Shown here in pieces: positions 24,619 through 33,212 of a stretch of 42,020 nucleotides of DNA. Position numbers and translations under genes: made by a program. The notes under the pieces were generated by a model. The model had not been told where the DNA came from, searched no databases, and was given only the letters and a program-made list of their open reading frames with translations. How positions within the stretch are numbered: position 1 is the first letter of the stretch; each line of letters starts with the position of its first letter. The DNA is from a virus (Duplodnaviria > Caudoviricetes): IMG/VR virus record IMGVR_UViG_3300014501_000032, positions 1-42,020 of that record; one strand, given 5' to 3'.

Positions 24619-26685
24619 ATGCTTGCCCCCACTAGCACAACCGCGTTCGACCTGCAATCCTTTTGGGACGCCGCGATTTCGCGCGGTCTTTTTCCGTTAG
24701 CCATAGCCCGCAATAGCAAGGCGCCGATCGGTGACGGCTGGAACATATGGACACACCCAATTGCTCACCCTGGGGCCGGCGGCGTCGGGCTGCGCTGTGG
24801 CGATAATGGGCTAACTGCATTTGATTGTGACCACACGGACCCGCAAATATCGCAACGTCTGTTAGCGGCTTTTCGTTCCGTCCTAGGCCCGAGCATTCCC
24901 GTACGTTGGGGCCGCGAACCTAAATTCCTAATTCCGTTCTACCTCGTTGACGCGCCCGTACGGGGGCGCACATTCAGTTTTCCAGACGGCAACAAGCTTC
25001 AGTTAATGGGTGGTCAGTTTGTCGCGTACGGCGAACACAAAGACACAAAACTCCCCTATCGCTGGGAGAATTGGGCGAACGACTGGCCGCGACTGACGAC
25101 GGAACAACTGCAAACAGTTCTTTCGGAAGTCCCGTTGCGAGCCGGCACGTCGTTGCGCTTCGCAGCCGAGCACGAAACCGCCAGCGCTGATGAACTGAAA
25201 TACGCCACGCCGCAGACGCAAGACGAATGGCAAGCTGGCCGCGAAGCCGCGCTGCGTTATCTTGGAATGCTGAAGCACGAGCTGCTAGGCAAGACTGAGG
25301 GGCGCGGGTCTACAATCTTCGCCATTGTCGGCGTGCTGAAGTTTGCCGAACAGCATGGCATGTGTACGCGGCGCGAGATTGAAGATTCCATAACTGACGC
25401 CGGGCACAGCCTGGACGAAGGGATAGGCGGCCGTACGTTGGGCGAAGAAATATCACGGCAAGACCAACTGCCGGTGTTGCGTGGTAATCTAATTATGCAA
25501 GCGGTCATGTCGCGCCGCACGATGTTGCAAGGCTTAAACGACGCTCAGATGGCGCCAACCCTGGCGCCGCGTACGGGCTTTGAAATATCGTTGGAGGATG
25601 ACAGTGCAGAACTGCCATGGTTACTATATCAAAGGATACTTTGCGGCGAAGTTCACTTTTTCACCGGGCACAGCGGAGCCGGCAAGTCCGCGCTTGTTAC
25701 TGACTTGGCCGTACAGTTTCTTCGGGGGCAAGCATGGCTGGATGCTGACAACGAGCGTACGGGTGGTCATGTGCTGTGGATTGCCGCTGAAGATGACTAC
25801 GGCACAGAACGACGCGTAAGGCATTTGCTGCGGCAGGAACCAAATGCGCTGGAGCTGGCGTCACGCTTTCATTTGATACGCGGTATCAATGAACCGATGG
25901 CGTTTGAACAGCAATGCGTGGCGCAGACGCAGGCCATGGCCGCAATGAATATGCGCGTGGACATGATTATACTGGATACCTGGGGCGCGTCCGGTCTTTG
26001 CTTTGCCGACAACGATACTGAAGCCGTCCTAAAAGCCATGTTCATTCTGAAAAGCGTGGCGCGGCGTACGGGCGCCGCTTTAGCTGTCACTGACCATTTA
26101 CCACTCGGTAACGAAGACGCATGGCAAAAAGGCAACGGTGCCAAATCCGGCAACAGCGGCTTTGTCTACCGCGTCACTGGCGCTCGCAACGATGTAGTGT
26201 CGGTCGATTGCGGCAAGGCACGCGGCGCCCCGAAGGCCAAAAGCTACACCGGCAAGATCGTATCAGAGAACTACGGTAAAGACGTGAAAGGTCGTACAAC
26301 AACGGTTAACGTGTTCAAACGGATTGCGGAAGTGATTAAAGAGAACAAAGAACAGGCGGCAACGATCAAGCTGGCCGCGATGCTGCCGGGCGTCCAGGCC
26401 GGCGGAATGGACGCTTTGCGTGCTGGCAATATTGTCAGATTTGATAGTGTGTCAGCCGAGGTAGGCCACGCCATCAAAGGCGAAGTGCCCGGCTACGTTA
26501 TCAGCAAGGACGCCGCCGGAAAAATGTTCGGAACTGAAATGAAAAGCTTGCTTGATAGCGGACACTTCCGTACAATACATGCGTTTCCGTTCTTGGCCGT
26601 CTTTCCACCGGGCGGCAATGTACGGCAAGAACTGACGATACCGTTTGCGATCAACGTGCCAAAGAATGAATTTCCATGGGCATAG
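24619..26685 (+). CDS. Bifunctional Prim-Pol primase fused to RepA/AAA_25 helicase
   Basis: N-terminal FPL...KAP...W...GVGLRCG..LTAFDCD; Walker A GHSGAGKS, WIAAED, Walker B IILDT. Confidence 0.88.
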   Translation: MLAPTSTTAFDLQSFWDAAISRGLFPLAIARNSKAPIGDGWNIWTHPIAHPGAGGVGLRCGDNGLTAFDCDHTDPQISQRLLAAFRSVLGPSIPVRWGREPKFLIPFYLVDAPVRGRTFSFPDGNKLQLMGGQFVAYGEHKDTKLPYRWENWANDWPRLTTEQLQTVLSEVPLRAGTSLRFAAEHETASADELKYATPQTQDEWQAGREAALRYLGMLKHELLGKTEGRGSTIFAIVGVLKFAEQHGMCTRREIEDSITDAGHSLDEGIGGRTLGEEISRQDQLPVLRGNLIMQAVMSRRTMLQGLNDAQMAPTLAPRTGFEISLEDDSAELPWLLYQRILCGEVHFFTGHSGAGKSALVTDLAVQFLRGQAWLDADNERTGGHVLWIAAEDDYGTERRVRHLLRQEPNALELASRFHLIRGINEPMAFEQQCVAQTQAMAAMNMRVDMIILDTWGASGLCFADNDTEAVLKAMFILKSVARRTGAALAVTDHLPLGNEDAWQKGNGAKSGNSGFVYRVTGARNDVVSVDCGKARGAPKAKSYTGKIVSENYGKDVKGRTTTVNVFKRIAEVIKENKEQAATIKLAAMLPGVQAGGMDALRAGNIVRFDSVSAEVGHAIKGEVPGYVISKDAAGKMFGTEMKSLLDSGHFRTIHAFPFLAVFPPGGNVRQELTIPFAINVPKNEFPWA

Positions 26686-26746
26686 ACGCAAACGGCGAGT
26701 GGGACGGCATGTGTGCTTGTGGAAAAAGGGAAATGGACGGCGTTAA

Positions 26747-26944
26747 ATGTTTCCTTGGGGCGACGCATCAACCGTACAGGCTTACGCCGTGGGCGACGCG
26801 ATCTATTCCGGCGAGTGTCGCGGCGCCGTCGTTTCCGTGGACGGGCGACTTATTTCCGTGGTCTGGAGCGACGGCGATGGAGGGGAAATAATCTACCCAA
26901 TAGACGCAGATTATTTGCACAAGGGGTTTCCGTGGCAGCCATGA
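26747..26944 (+). CDS. Small SH3/KOW-like protein with FPW at both termini
   Basis: MFPWG...YAVGDAI...GAVVSV...VVWSDG...GFPWQP; ATGA overlap downstream. Confidence 0.65.
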   Translation: MFPWGDASTVQAYAVGDAIYSGECRGAVVSVDGRLISVVWSDGDGGEIIYPIDADYLHKGFPWQP

Positions 26945-27264
26945 CCGACGAAGAAATATTTCCCTGGGACCCGCCGCGCCGATCGGTAGAGGACACCATT
27001 GCGTTGTTGCAAAATGACTTTGCGTACGCTGTGGCGAACACCGCCATTGTGGTACACTCCAACAACCCGGCGCTTGTCTTTACCGCCAACACGCAACGGG
27101 GACAGCTCGTGCCGCGCGGGGAAGTCAAGTTCACGGATGGCACGACAGTCGAGTTGCAAGATATTGGCATGTGCCAACCAAATGTGCCATACATGACTGT
27201 ACAACAAATCATGTCCCGCGTCTGGAAATTGGCAAGTGAATTGAAATTGGAGATAGGCAAATGA
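26941..27264 (+). CDS. Hypothetical protein
   Basis: Start MTDEEIFPWDPP, coupled on both sides. Confidence 0.7.
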   Translation: MTDEEIFPWDPPRRSVEDTIALLQNDFAYAVANTAIVVHSNNPALVFTANTQRGQLVPRGEVKFTDGTTVELQDIGMCQPNVPYMTVQQIMSRVWKLASELKLEIGK

Positions 27265-27551
27265 CCGCCTACTGGCCCACAACCGCGGTTATGCAAGCGC
27301 TGACGCAGGAACAAAGAACCGAGATAATAAACAGCCGACTTGGCATCCCTGTGCGTACGATGCACGAATGCTACCGCGTAACAAGCACGATACCTGCCGA
27401 TGTAACATTGGCACTTGTTTGTTCAAAAAATGCCGGCGTGCGCCGGGTTTACCTTCAGTATCCCAGCTATGAACAGTGGATCGCGCTGGAGCGCGGCGGC
27501 TTTGTCGAAGTTTGGGACGAATTTGGCTTTATCATGGACGCATTGCATTGA
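27261..27551 (+). CDS. Hypothetical protein
   Basis: 96 aa, GGAG RBS, ATGA overlap. Confidence 0.7.
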   Translation: MTAYWPTTAVMQALTQEQRTEIINSRLGIPVRTMHECYRVTSTIPADVTLALVCSKNAGVRRVYLQYPSYEQWIALERGGFVEVWDEFGFIMDALH

Positions 27552-27577
27552 CAAGTTCGTACGTACAAGGTAAAGGC
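27549..27577 (+). promoter_or_regulatory. Putative sigma70 promoter (near-leaderless)
   Basis: TTGACA-17-TAAAGG, ATG 5 nt after the -10 box. Confidence 0.45.
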
Positions 27578-27582
27578 AATAC

Positions 27583-27846
27583 ATGGATGACGGATTAAAA
27601 ATTGAACCCGCAGCCGGCATCACGCTTCGTGATTTGATACGAAGTCATATGCAATCGTTCGCTTTCACCATTCGTACAAACCGCCGCGCCGGTCAGTCCG
27701 TGACGGCGGCGTACGTTGACGGATTAGCGGGTGCCATGGCGCTGGTTATCGCAGGCAGCCACGGCAGCAAGGAAGACATTATTAACGCTACAGTAACGAA
27801 ATTACGCGAAGCTGTGGACCGGGATCTGAGGCACCTAAAACCATGA
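27583..27846 (+). CDS. Hypothetical protein
   Basis: 87 aa helical ORF in operon. Confidence 0.65.
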   Translation: MDDGLKIEPAAGITLRDLIRSHMQSFAFTIRTNRRAGQSVTAAYVDGLAGAMALVIAGSHGSKEDIINATVTKLREAVDRDLRHLKP

Positions 27847-28079
27847 CACCCAGCACCGAACCCAACTCATTGCCGCTGCTGTTTTCCGACGTACAAGATT
27901 GGCGAGACGCGTACGCGGCGTACGTCGAAGAATTTAAGGCCGGTCCCAAAACCTATTCCGACGATGTACTGTTGAAAATACGGTTAAGGCGTCTTGGCTT
28001 TGTCGGCGTGAATTTAGAAAACGAATTTAGGTACATCGTGAATTTGGAAAACGAATTTAGGTACATCAAAGAAAACTAA
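27843..28079 (+). CDS. Hypothetical protein with C-terminal tandem duplication
   Basis: Ends VNLENEFRYI-VNLENEFRYI-KEN. Confidence 0.65.
   Translation: MTPSTEPNSLPLLFSDVQDWRDAYAAYVEEFKAGPKTYSDDVLLKIRLRRLGFVGVNLENEFRYIVNLENEFRYIKEN
28007..28066 (+). repeat. 30-bp tandem duplication
   Basis: CGTGAATTTRGAAAACGAATTTAGGTACAT twice, one mismatch. Confidence 0.9.
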
Positions 28080-28080
28080 A

Positions 28081-29715
28081 ATGCACGGCTACCCCGCACC
28101 GCCAGCTATCCCTTTCGTACCACGCCGGCATCAAACCGAGGGCGTGCAGGCGCTTGCCAATTATCACGAAGGACGCTTTAGCGTTGTTGAAGCCTGCGTA
28201 GCTTCAGGTAAATCCGACATGCTGGGCATGCTGGCCTTGCACTACATGCAATTTGGGCGTGTTATTGTTGTTGCTCATAATAAAGAGTTGGTTGTACAGA
28301 ACGCCAGAGCGTGTAAGCGGCACGGCACAAATCCAGGCATCTGTTCTTCGTCAATCAGCACCAACGCGTTCGCACGCGTCACGGTCGGCACGATCGGCAG
28401 CATTGTTAACCGCGTCCATTTGTTTCGCGATGTGGTTGCTATCCTCGTTGACGAAGTTCACATGGTTCCGCCGGCCAAGTCATCGCAATACAGGAGGCTT
28501 TTTGAAAAACTCCCCAATACTAGAGTTCATGGGCTTACAGGAACCCCGTTCCGTGCGGACGGAACTGGCGATCTTGCTAAGACTTTCGGTAGTATTGTGT
28601 ATCGTTATACTTTTCTGGACGCTTTACGCGACGGGTACGTTAAGCCGCTAGTTCCTGTGGACGCTGGCGAAGATGAAACAATCGAGATTGAGGGATTGAA
28701 GACCGTAGCCGGCGACTTCGATCTTGAAGAAATGGCGCCGCGCGCGATCAAGCTGGCACCGAGCCACGCCAAGACGATTCAAGAGGTTATGCAAAAGTAC
28801 GGACGTAGTCGCGTTTTGGTGTTTTGCTGTAACATTGAACACGTTGATAAGATGGAAGCTGCGTTGCACAAACTCGGCATAGCGGCGGTTGGCGTGCATT
28901 CGCGCTCTATCATTGGCAAGCGTGATAAGTCGGTAGAAGCGTTCAGGCAGGGACGCGCGCAAGTGCTTGTGTCGTGCAACATGTTCACGACGGGTTTTGA
29001 CGTTCCTGATATTGACTACGAAGTATTTTGCCGAGCTACGAAATCGGCAGTCTATTACGCCCAAGGTTTAGGACGCGGCGCCCGTATAACACCGTACGCC
29101 GCCAACTGCCTTGTGTCGGACTTCGGTGGCAACATTCAGCGCCACGGCACGCTTGACGCCGTAATGGCAGCTCCAGGGCGGCTGCTGGAGTGCGACGCGT
29201 GCGCTAACGAGTGGGAAACGTGGGAGAACGGCAAGACCTGTCCGAAATGTCAAACCCTGCATCGCAGCGCGCCGCAGTGCAAAAACTGTAACGAACAATT
29301 TGACCCGCATTTTCACGGTATGCGCTGCCCTCACTGTGGACAACAGCAGTCTGAAATAAAGACCTGCGCGGCGTGCGAGGAAACGTACGCGGCGTTCCTG
29401 CATCCGCTCTGCCCGTTCTGCCAGTTTGATAACACCGTGATTATGGCCACCGGCAAGGATCTGAAAATGCGCGGCGGCGCCAGCGAAGCCGTTAACATTC
29501 GCAAAATCGTGGAAAGCAGCCCTTGGCAGGAAGTCGTCAGCCCCCCGATCAAAAATCCTTCGGGCGGATGGACGTTGACGACGAAATTCACGACCGCGGT
29601 TTGGAATTACGAAGTCATGCCGGACGTACATTCGGTCTACTTGAAACGTGCTACGAACGGACGCTACATAGCCGCTGGGCTGTACGACAAAAATGGAGTC
29701 ATCCATCAAAAATGA
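28081..29715 (+). CDS. SF2 DExH helicase with C-terminal zinc ribbons (RadD/YejH-like)
   Basis: ASGKS, DEVH, TGTPFR, TTGFDVPDID, QGLGRGAR; multiple CxxC pairs. Confidence 0.92.
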   Translation: MHGYPAPPAIPFVPRRHQTEGVQALANYHEGRFSVVEACVASGKSDMLGMLALHYMQFGRVIVVAHNKELVVQNARACKRHGTNPGICSSSISTNAFARVTVGTIGSIVNRVHLFRDVVAILVDEVHMVPPAKSSQYRRLFEKLPNTRVHGLTGTPFRADGTGDLAKTFGSIVYRYTFLDALRDGYVKPLVPVDAGEDETIEIEGLKTVAGDFDLEEMAPRAIKLAPSHAKTIQEVMQKYGRSRVLVFCCNIEHVDKMEAALHKLGIAAVGVHSRSIIGKRDKSVEAFRQGRAQVLVSCNMFTTGFDVPDIDYEVFCRATKSAVYYAQGLGRGARITPYAANCLVSDFGGNIQRHGTLDAVMAAPGRLLECDACANEWETWENGKTCPKCQTLHRSAPQCKNCNEQFDPHFHGMRCPHCGQQQSEIKTCAACEETYAAFLHPLCPFCQFDNTVIMATGKDLKMRGGASEAVNIRKIVESSPWQEVVSPPIKNPSGGWTLTTKFTTAVWNYEVMPDVHSVYLKRATNGRYIAAGLYDKNGVIHQK

Positions 29716-30167
29716 AACGTCCAAACAGAGACCCGATCAAACGCAAAGCAAGCAACAACGCGTGGGTAGCGCGGAACAGAGAACAACACCGCGCGGCGGT
29801 TAACCGTCAGTACGTAATTAATAGAGAGAAAATTTTAGAGAAAAATCAAATAGACCGTACGGTTAACGTAAAGAAATATCTGTTAAAAGGTGCCAAAATG
29901 CGCGCCAAGAAATCCGGGCTTCTGTTCGATATAACTGAAAGCGACTTCGAAATTCCGTTTACGTGCCCGCTCTTGGGTTACGTATTGATGCCTTCGCGCG
30001 GATTGATCGCGCCAAACTCTCCCAGCTTGGATCGTAAAGACCCCCGGAAAGGGTACGTACGAGGCAACATATGGGTAATAAGCTACCGAGCTAACGCCGC
30101 GAAAAGTAACTTAACGCTAGAAGAACTGCAAATGCTTGTCACAAATCTAGCTCTGTACGGAAATTAG
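29712..30167 (+). CDS. HNH-family endonuclease
   Basis: Start MKRPNR; RAKK.G..FDIT...CP....SLDRKDPRKGYVRGNIWVISYRANAAK. Confidence 0.85.
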   Translation: MKRPNRDPIKRKASNNAWVARNREQHRAAVNRQYVINREKILEKNQIDRTVNVKKYLLKGAKMRAKKSGLLFDITESDFEIPFTCPLLGYVLMPSRGLIAPNSPSLDRKDPRKGYVRGNIWVISYRANAAKSNLTLEELQMLVTNLALYGN

Positions 30168-30171
30168 GGCA

Positions 30172-30200
30172 TTGACGCGCCCTTAAAGTTTTGTCATACA
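30172..30200 (+). promoter_or_regulatory. Putative sigma70 promoter
   Basis: TTGACG-17-CATACA upstream of GGAGAGCGGAAC-ATG. Confidence 0.5.
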
Positions 30201-30247
30201 TTCGGCCTTCTAAATCAGAATGCGTCATCAACAACGGAGAGCGGAAC

Positions 30248-30691
30248 ATGAAACTTTGTTTTGACAGTATCGAGGAAGTGAAGGTTTTTGTCGCCAGCCT
30301 GAAAGGCACACGCGGCAAGAAAGGCGAAGGCGACGACGGCGACACTGGCGCCGCCCAAGTCGGGCAGCAAGCGCCTGCTCCGCTGATGCCCGCTGCCGGG
30401 GGCCAGCAGCAGCCCTCTGCATTCCAGCCTGCCGCGTTCGCGCCGTCGCAGGGCGGCTTCCTTGGCGCCCCTGTCGCCGATCCGGCGGTTGCTGGCCTCG
30501 TACAGCGTATCGTCGTGCGTATCGACGGCGCCATTGCGAGCGGCCAGCCTGCCGACGCCGTGCTGACGTGGTTTCGCGGGCAGTGCGGAGCCGAAGCGGC
30601 CGGCGCGACCATGGACCAAATCAAGACTGTTTTCCTGCCCAAACTGGCTGTGCCGGGCCTGGAGAACATTGCGAAATTGATGAACGCGTAG
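30248..30691 (+). CDS. Hypothetical replication-module protein
   Basis: Start MKLCFD; A/P/Q-rich linker and helical C-terminus. Confidence 0.75.
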   Translation: MKLCFDSIEEVKVFVASLKGTRGKKGEGDDGDTGAAQVGQQAPAPLMPAAGGQQQPSAFQPAAFAPSQGGFLGAPVADPAVAGLVQRIVVRIDGAIASGQPADAVLTWFRGQCGAEAAGATMDQIKTVFLPKLAVPGLENIAKLMNA

Positions 30692-30796
30692 CTTGCAAGG
30701 CGAAGGTCGTAACGAACGCGTCACAGCGTTTTAGGGAGCATCGCACTACCCCGGACTGCTCGACCAATCCGGGCCTAATTTTCAAAGGTACGTACA

Positions 30797-31117
30797 ATGG
30801 CCGATGAATTTGAAAGCAGGGAGAGACAGGACGGCGTACGGCAGCGTTTCGTACGTATTAAACCTGTTGAATTTGAAGGGGCATCAAAGCTTGAGCATCG
30901 CGAAGGTGGCGCATATCCTCTGTACGTCAAGGAAGGTTTGTCGGGTGTGTACGTTTCGTCTTGGATGATTGACACAATTAAAGCGCGAAAATTTATGAAA
31001 GAACTGAGAAAAAATAGCAGGCGAGGTGTTGTTCTGTCGTTGGTAGTTGATACCAACGTGTCGGGCCATCCCAGCTTATCCATGCAGTTGCAAGAAATCT
31101 TTTTGGTCGAAGGCTAG
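30797..31117 (+). CDS. Hypothetical protein
   Basis: 106 aa, lower GC than neighbours. Confidence 0.55.
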   Translation: MADEFESRERQDGVRQRFVRIKPVEFEGASKLEHREGGAYPLYVKEGLSGVYVSSWMIDTIKARKFMKELRKNSRRGVVLSLVVDTNVSGHPSLSMQLQEIFLVEG

Positions 31118-31120
31118 AAC

Positions 31121-32101
31121 ATGGCCCACGCAATCTTCGCACCATCGTCCGCCGCAACGTGGCTCGAATGCTCTTTCAGCGCTCGCAACAGCGTACCGGA
31201 GCCGCCGAAACCGCTAAAAACGCAGCTCGCCGCTGACGAAGGTACGCGCGGCCACGAGCTGCTGGCGGTCGCTGTTGCGGAAGCTGCTTTTCCCGATGAT
31301 GACGACAGCAAAGCCGAAGCCGTCGCACTTGGCATCAACTTCGTACGGCAGCTTGAACCCGGCGAACTGTACGTAGAATTGAAAGTGGAACTGGCGCACG
31401 AATGCGGTGGCACGTCGGACCTGTTTAACAAGCACCCGTACATTGCCACCATTTTAGATTATAAGTTTGGCAAATGGGACGTTGACGCTTACCACAACAA
31501 ACAAATGTTGACGTACGCGGCCGCGTTGCTGGACCAATGCGACGCGGAATGGTGGCGCCTTGTAATTTTCCAGCCCAATGGTTTAGACGAGACGCCCTTT
31601 AAGCAGTGGGTGGCGCACCGCAGCGAAGTGGTGGCGCACCGCGACCGCGTATTACGGCAGATTGCCGATCGCAGCGCCCCGCGCCCCGGCCCGTGGTGCC
31701 GCTGGTGCAAGGCATTTCAACAGTGTCCCGCAATGGCGATTGACGCCGGCTTTGTCATGGGCGCCATGTCGCGCACCCCCGAAAGCCTAACCAGCGAGGA
31801 ACTTGTACGGCTGTTGCGAATCATCCGGGCGCTGGACGACGTGAAGGCCGTCTATGACGACGCGTTGACGACTAAGCTGAAGTTAGGCCACGCGACGCCT
31901 GGAGCCGTGCTGAAGCCCGCGCGTGCCTTCAGAGCGTGGAATGACCAAGAGCAAGCGGCTAAGGTGCTGTATGAAAGCTTTGGTTTTAAGGGCGTAAAAC
32001 CGCTGTCGCCAGCTCAGGCCGAAAAACTAGGGTTGGCTGGTAAGCAATATGCCGTTGTTGGGGCACACAAACCGGAGGGCGCCCTTAAGGCGTCGTACTG
32101 A
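31121..32101 (+). CDS. DUF2800 Cas4-like PD-(D/E)XK exonuclease
   Basis: HAIFAPSSAATWLECSFS, ADEGTRGH, GGTSD, ILDYKFG, QMLTYA, PGPWCRWCKAFQQCP. Confidence 0.92.
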   Translation: MAHAIFAPSSAATWLECSFSARNSVPEPPKPLKTQLAADEGTRGHELLAVAVAEAAFPDDDDSKAEAVALGINFVRQLEPGELYVELKVELAHECGGTSDLFNKHPYIATILDYKFGKWDVDAYHNKQMLTYAAALLDQCDAEWWRLVIFQPNGLDETPFKQWVAHRSEVVAHRDRVLRQIADRSAPRPGPWCRWCKAFQQCPAMAIDAGFVMGAMSRTPESLTSEELVRLLRIIRALDDVKAVYDDALTTKLKLGHATPGAVLKPARAFRAWNDQEQAAKVLYESFGFKGVKPLSPAQAEKLGLAGKQYAVVGAHKPEGALKASY

Positions 32102-32102
32102 C

Positions 32103-32339
32103 ATGGGAACAGCAAAAGACGAACGCGCTAAGGCCGCAGCAGGTCAAGGCTGCTTAGGAAAAGCCGCCGATGACGAGCCTGTTTTTATCCTGCGGGCGCA
32201 AGACCGACTAGCGTCGATGCTGGTTGAAGAATGGGCTTTGAGGGCACAAGGGTTTGGGTGCCCAAAAGAAAAAGTTGACGAAGCCCGACGACTTGCGCAC
32301 GCCATGAGAATGTGGCCCAACCGCAAAAATCCAGATTGA
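32103..32339 (+). CDS. Conserved small phage protein
   Basis: CLGKAADDEPVFILRAQD motif. Confidence 0.75.
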   Translation: MGTAKDERAKAAAGQGCLGKAADDEPVFILRAQDRLASMLVEEWALRAQGFGCPKEKVDEARRLAHAMRMWPNRKNPD

Positions 32340-32365
32340 CCAACTCCAACCGTACGCGTACAATT
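32337..32365 (+). promoter_or_regulatory. Putative sigma70 promoter for SSB
   Basis: TTGACC-17-TACAAT. Confidence 0.6.
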
Positions 32366-32408
32366 CACTCCGTTAGCAATTTGACAACTTAGCAAAAGGA
32401 AACTGAAA

Positions 32409-33170
32409 ATGGCTCAAAGGCAGTATGAAGCTGCAACAGTGTTCAACGCTCGCATTGCGGACATGCGGCACTTGTTCACGCCAAGCACGGTGTACAAAGG
32501 GCAACCGACGCAAAAGCCCAACTACTTCGCCATGTTCCTTGTCAAGAAAACCGTGGCGCAATGGTTCCAGGAACCGGCACTCGCAGGCATCACGGCGGCG
32601 TGCGGCAAGATCTACCAGACGAATCCGCACATTCTCGTTTGGCCCGTTATTGACGGCGACGTGCCGAGCCCGGAAGGCAAGTCATCCGAGTTCGCCAAAG
32701 GTCATTGGCTGTTCTCAGGATCGAGCGGCAACCCGCCGAACGTCGAAATCGTGCAAGCCGGCGGCGTACTTACAAAACTGACAAACAAAGTCGGCGTGAA
32801 GTCCGGCGATTACGTCATGGCCGGCGTGACTGCGGCTGTGAAGCAGAACGACCCGCGCGGCGTCAAACTGTACCTTAACGCCGTCGTGTTTTCATCCCCC
32901 GGCGAAGAAATTGTGTTCGCCAACTCAGTCAGCGGTGCCGAGCTGATGCGGATGGCAGAACAGCAGGGCTTGCGTCCGGCGGGCTTCAGCCCGTCGCCTG
33001 GGGGCTTTGCGCCGCCCCCTTTCCAGCAGCCGGCAGGCGGATTTGCCCCGGCACCGGGCGCCCCTGCGCCATTCGCGCCTGCACCGGGCCAGAGTGGCGG
33101 GGGTTTCGGTGGGCCTGCGGGGACACCATCCCCTTTTAACCCACCCGCAAATCCGTTCGCGCCGCGCTAA
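32409..33170 (+). CDS. Single-stranded DNA-binding protein (DUF2815/Enc34-like)
   Basis: PVIDGD...KGHW...SG.Y...GVKLYLNAV; P/G/F-rich tail; classic position between DUF2800 and polymerase. Confidence 0.82.
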   Translation: MAQRQYEAATVFNARIADMRHLFTPSTVYKGQPTQKPNYFAMFLVKKTVAQWFQEPALAGITAACGKIYQTNPHILVWPVIDGDVPSPEGKSSEFAKGHWLFSGSSGNPPNVEIVQAGGVLTKLTNKVGVKSGDYVMAGVTAAVKQNDPRGVKLYLNAVVFSSPGEEIVFANSVSGAELMRMAEQQGLRPAGFSPSPGGFAPPPFQQPAGGFAPAPGAPAPFAPAPGQSGGGFGGPAGTPSPFNPPANPFAPR

Positions 33171-33180
33171 ACAGTCAGGA

Positions 33181-33210
33181 AGGCGGGGGCCGACAAAGCC
33201 CCCGCTTTTC
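33181..33210 (+). terminator. Rho-independent terminator between SSB and DNA polymerase
   Basis: GCGGGGGC-CGACAAA-GCCCCCGC-TTTT. Confidence 0.75.
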
Positions 33211-33212
33211 CC

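Noticed and set aside
31121-32101. Cas4-like gene as part of a CRISPR-Cas system
   Set aside because: No other cas genes or array; DUF2800-SSB-PolA is a standard phage replication module
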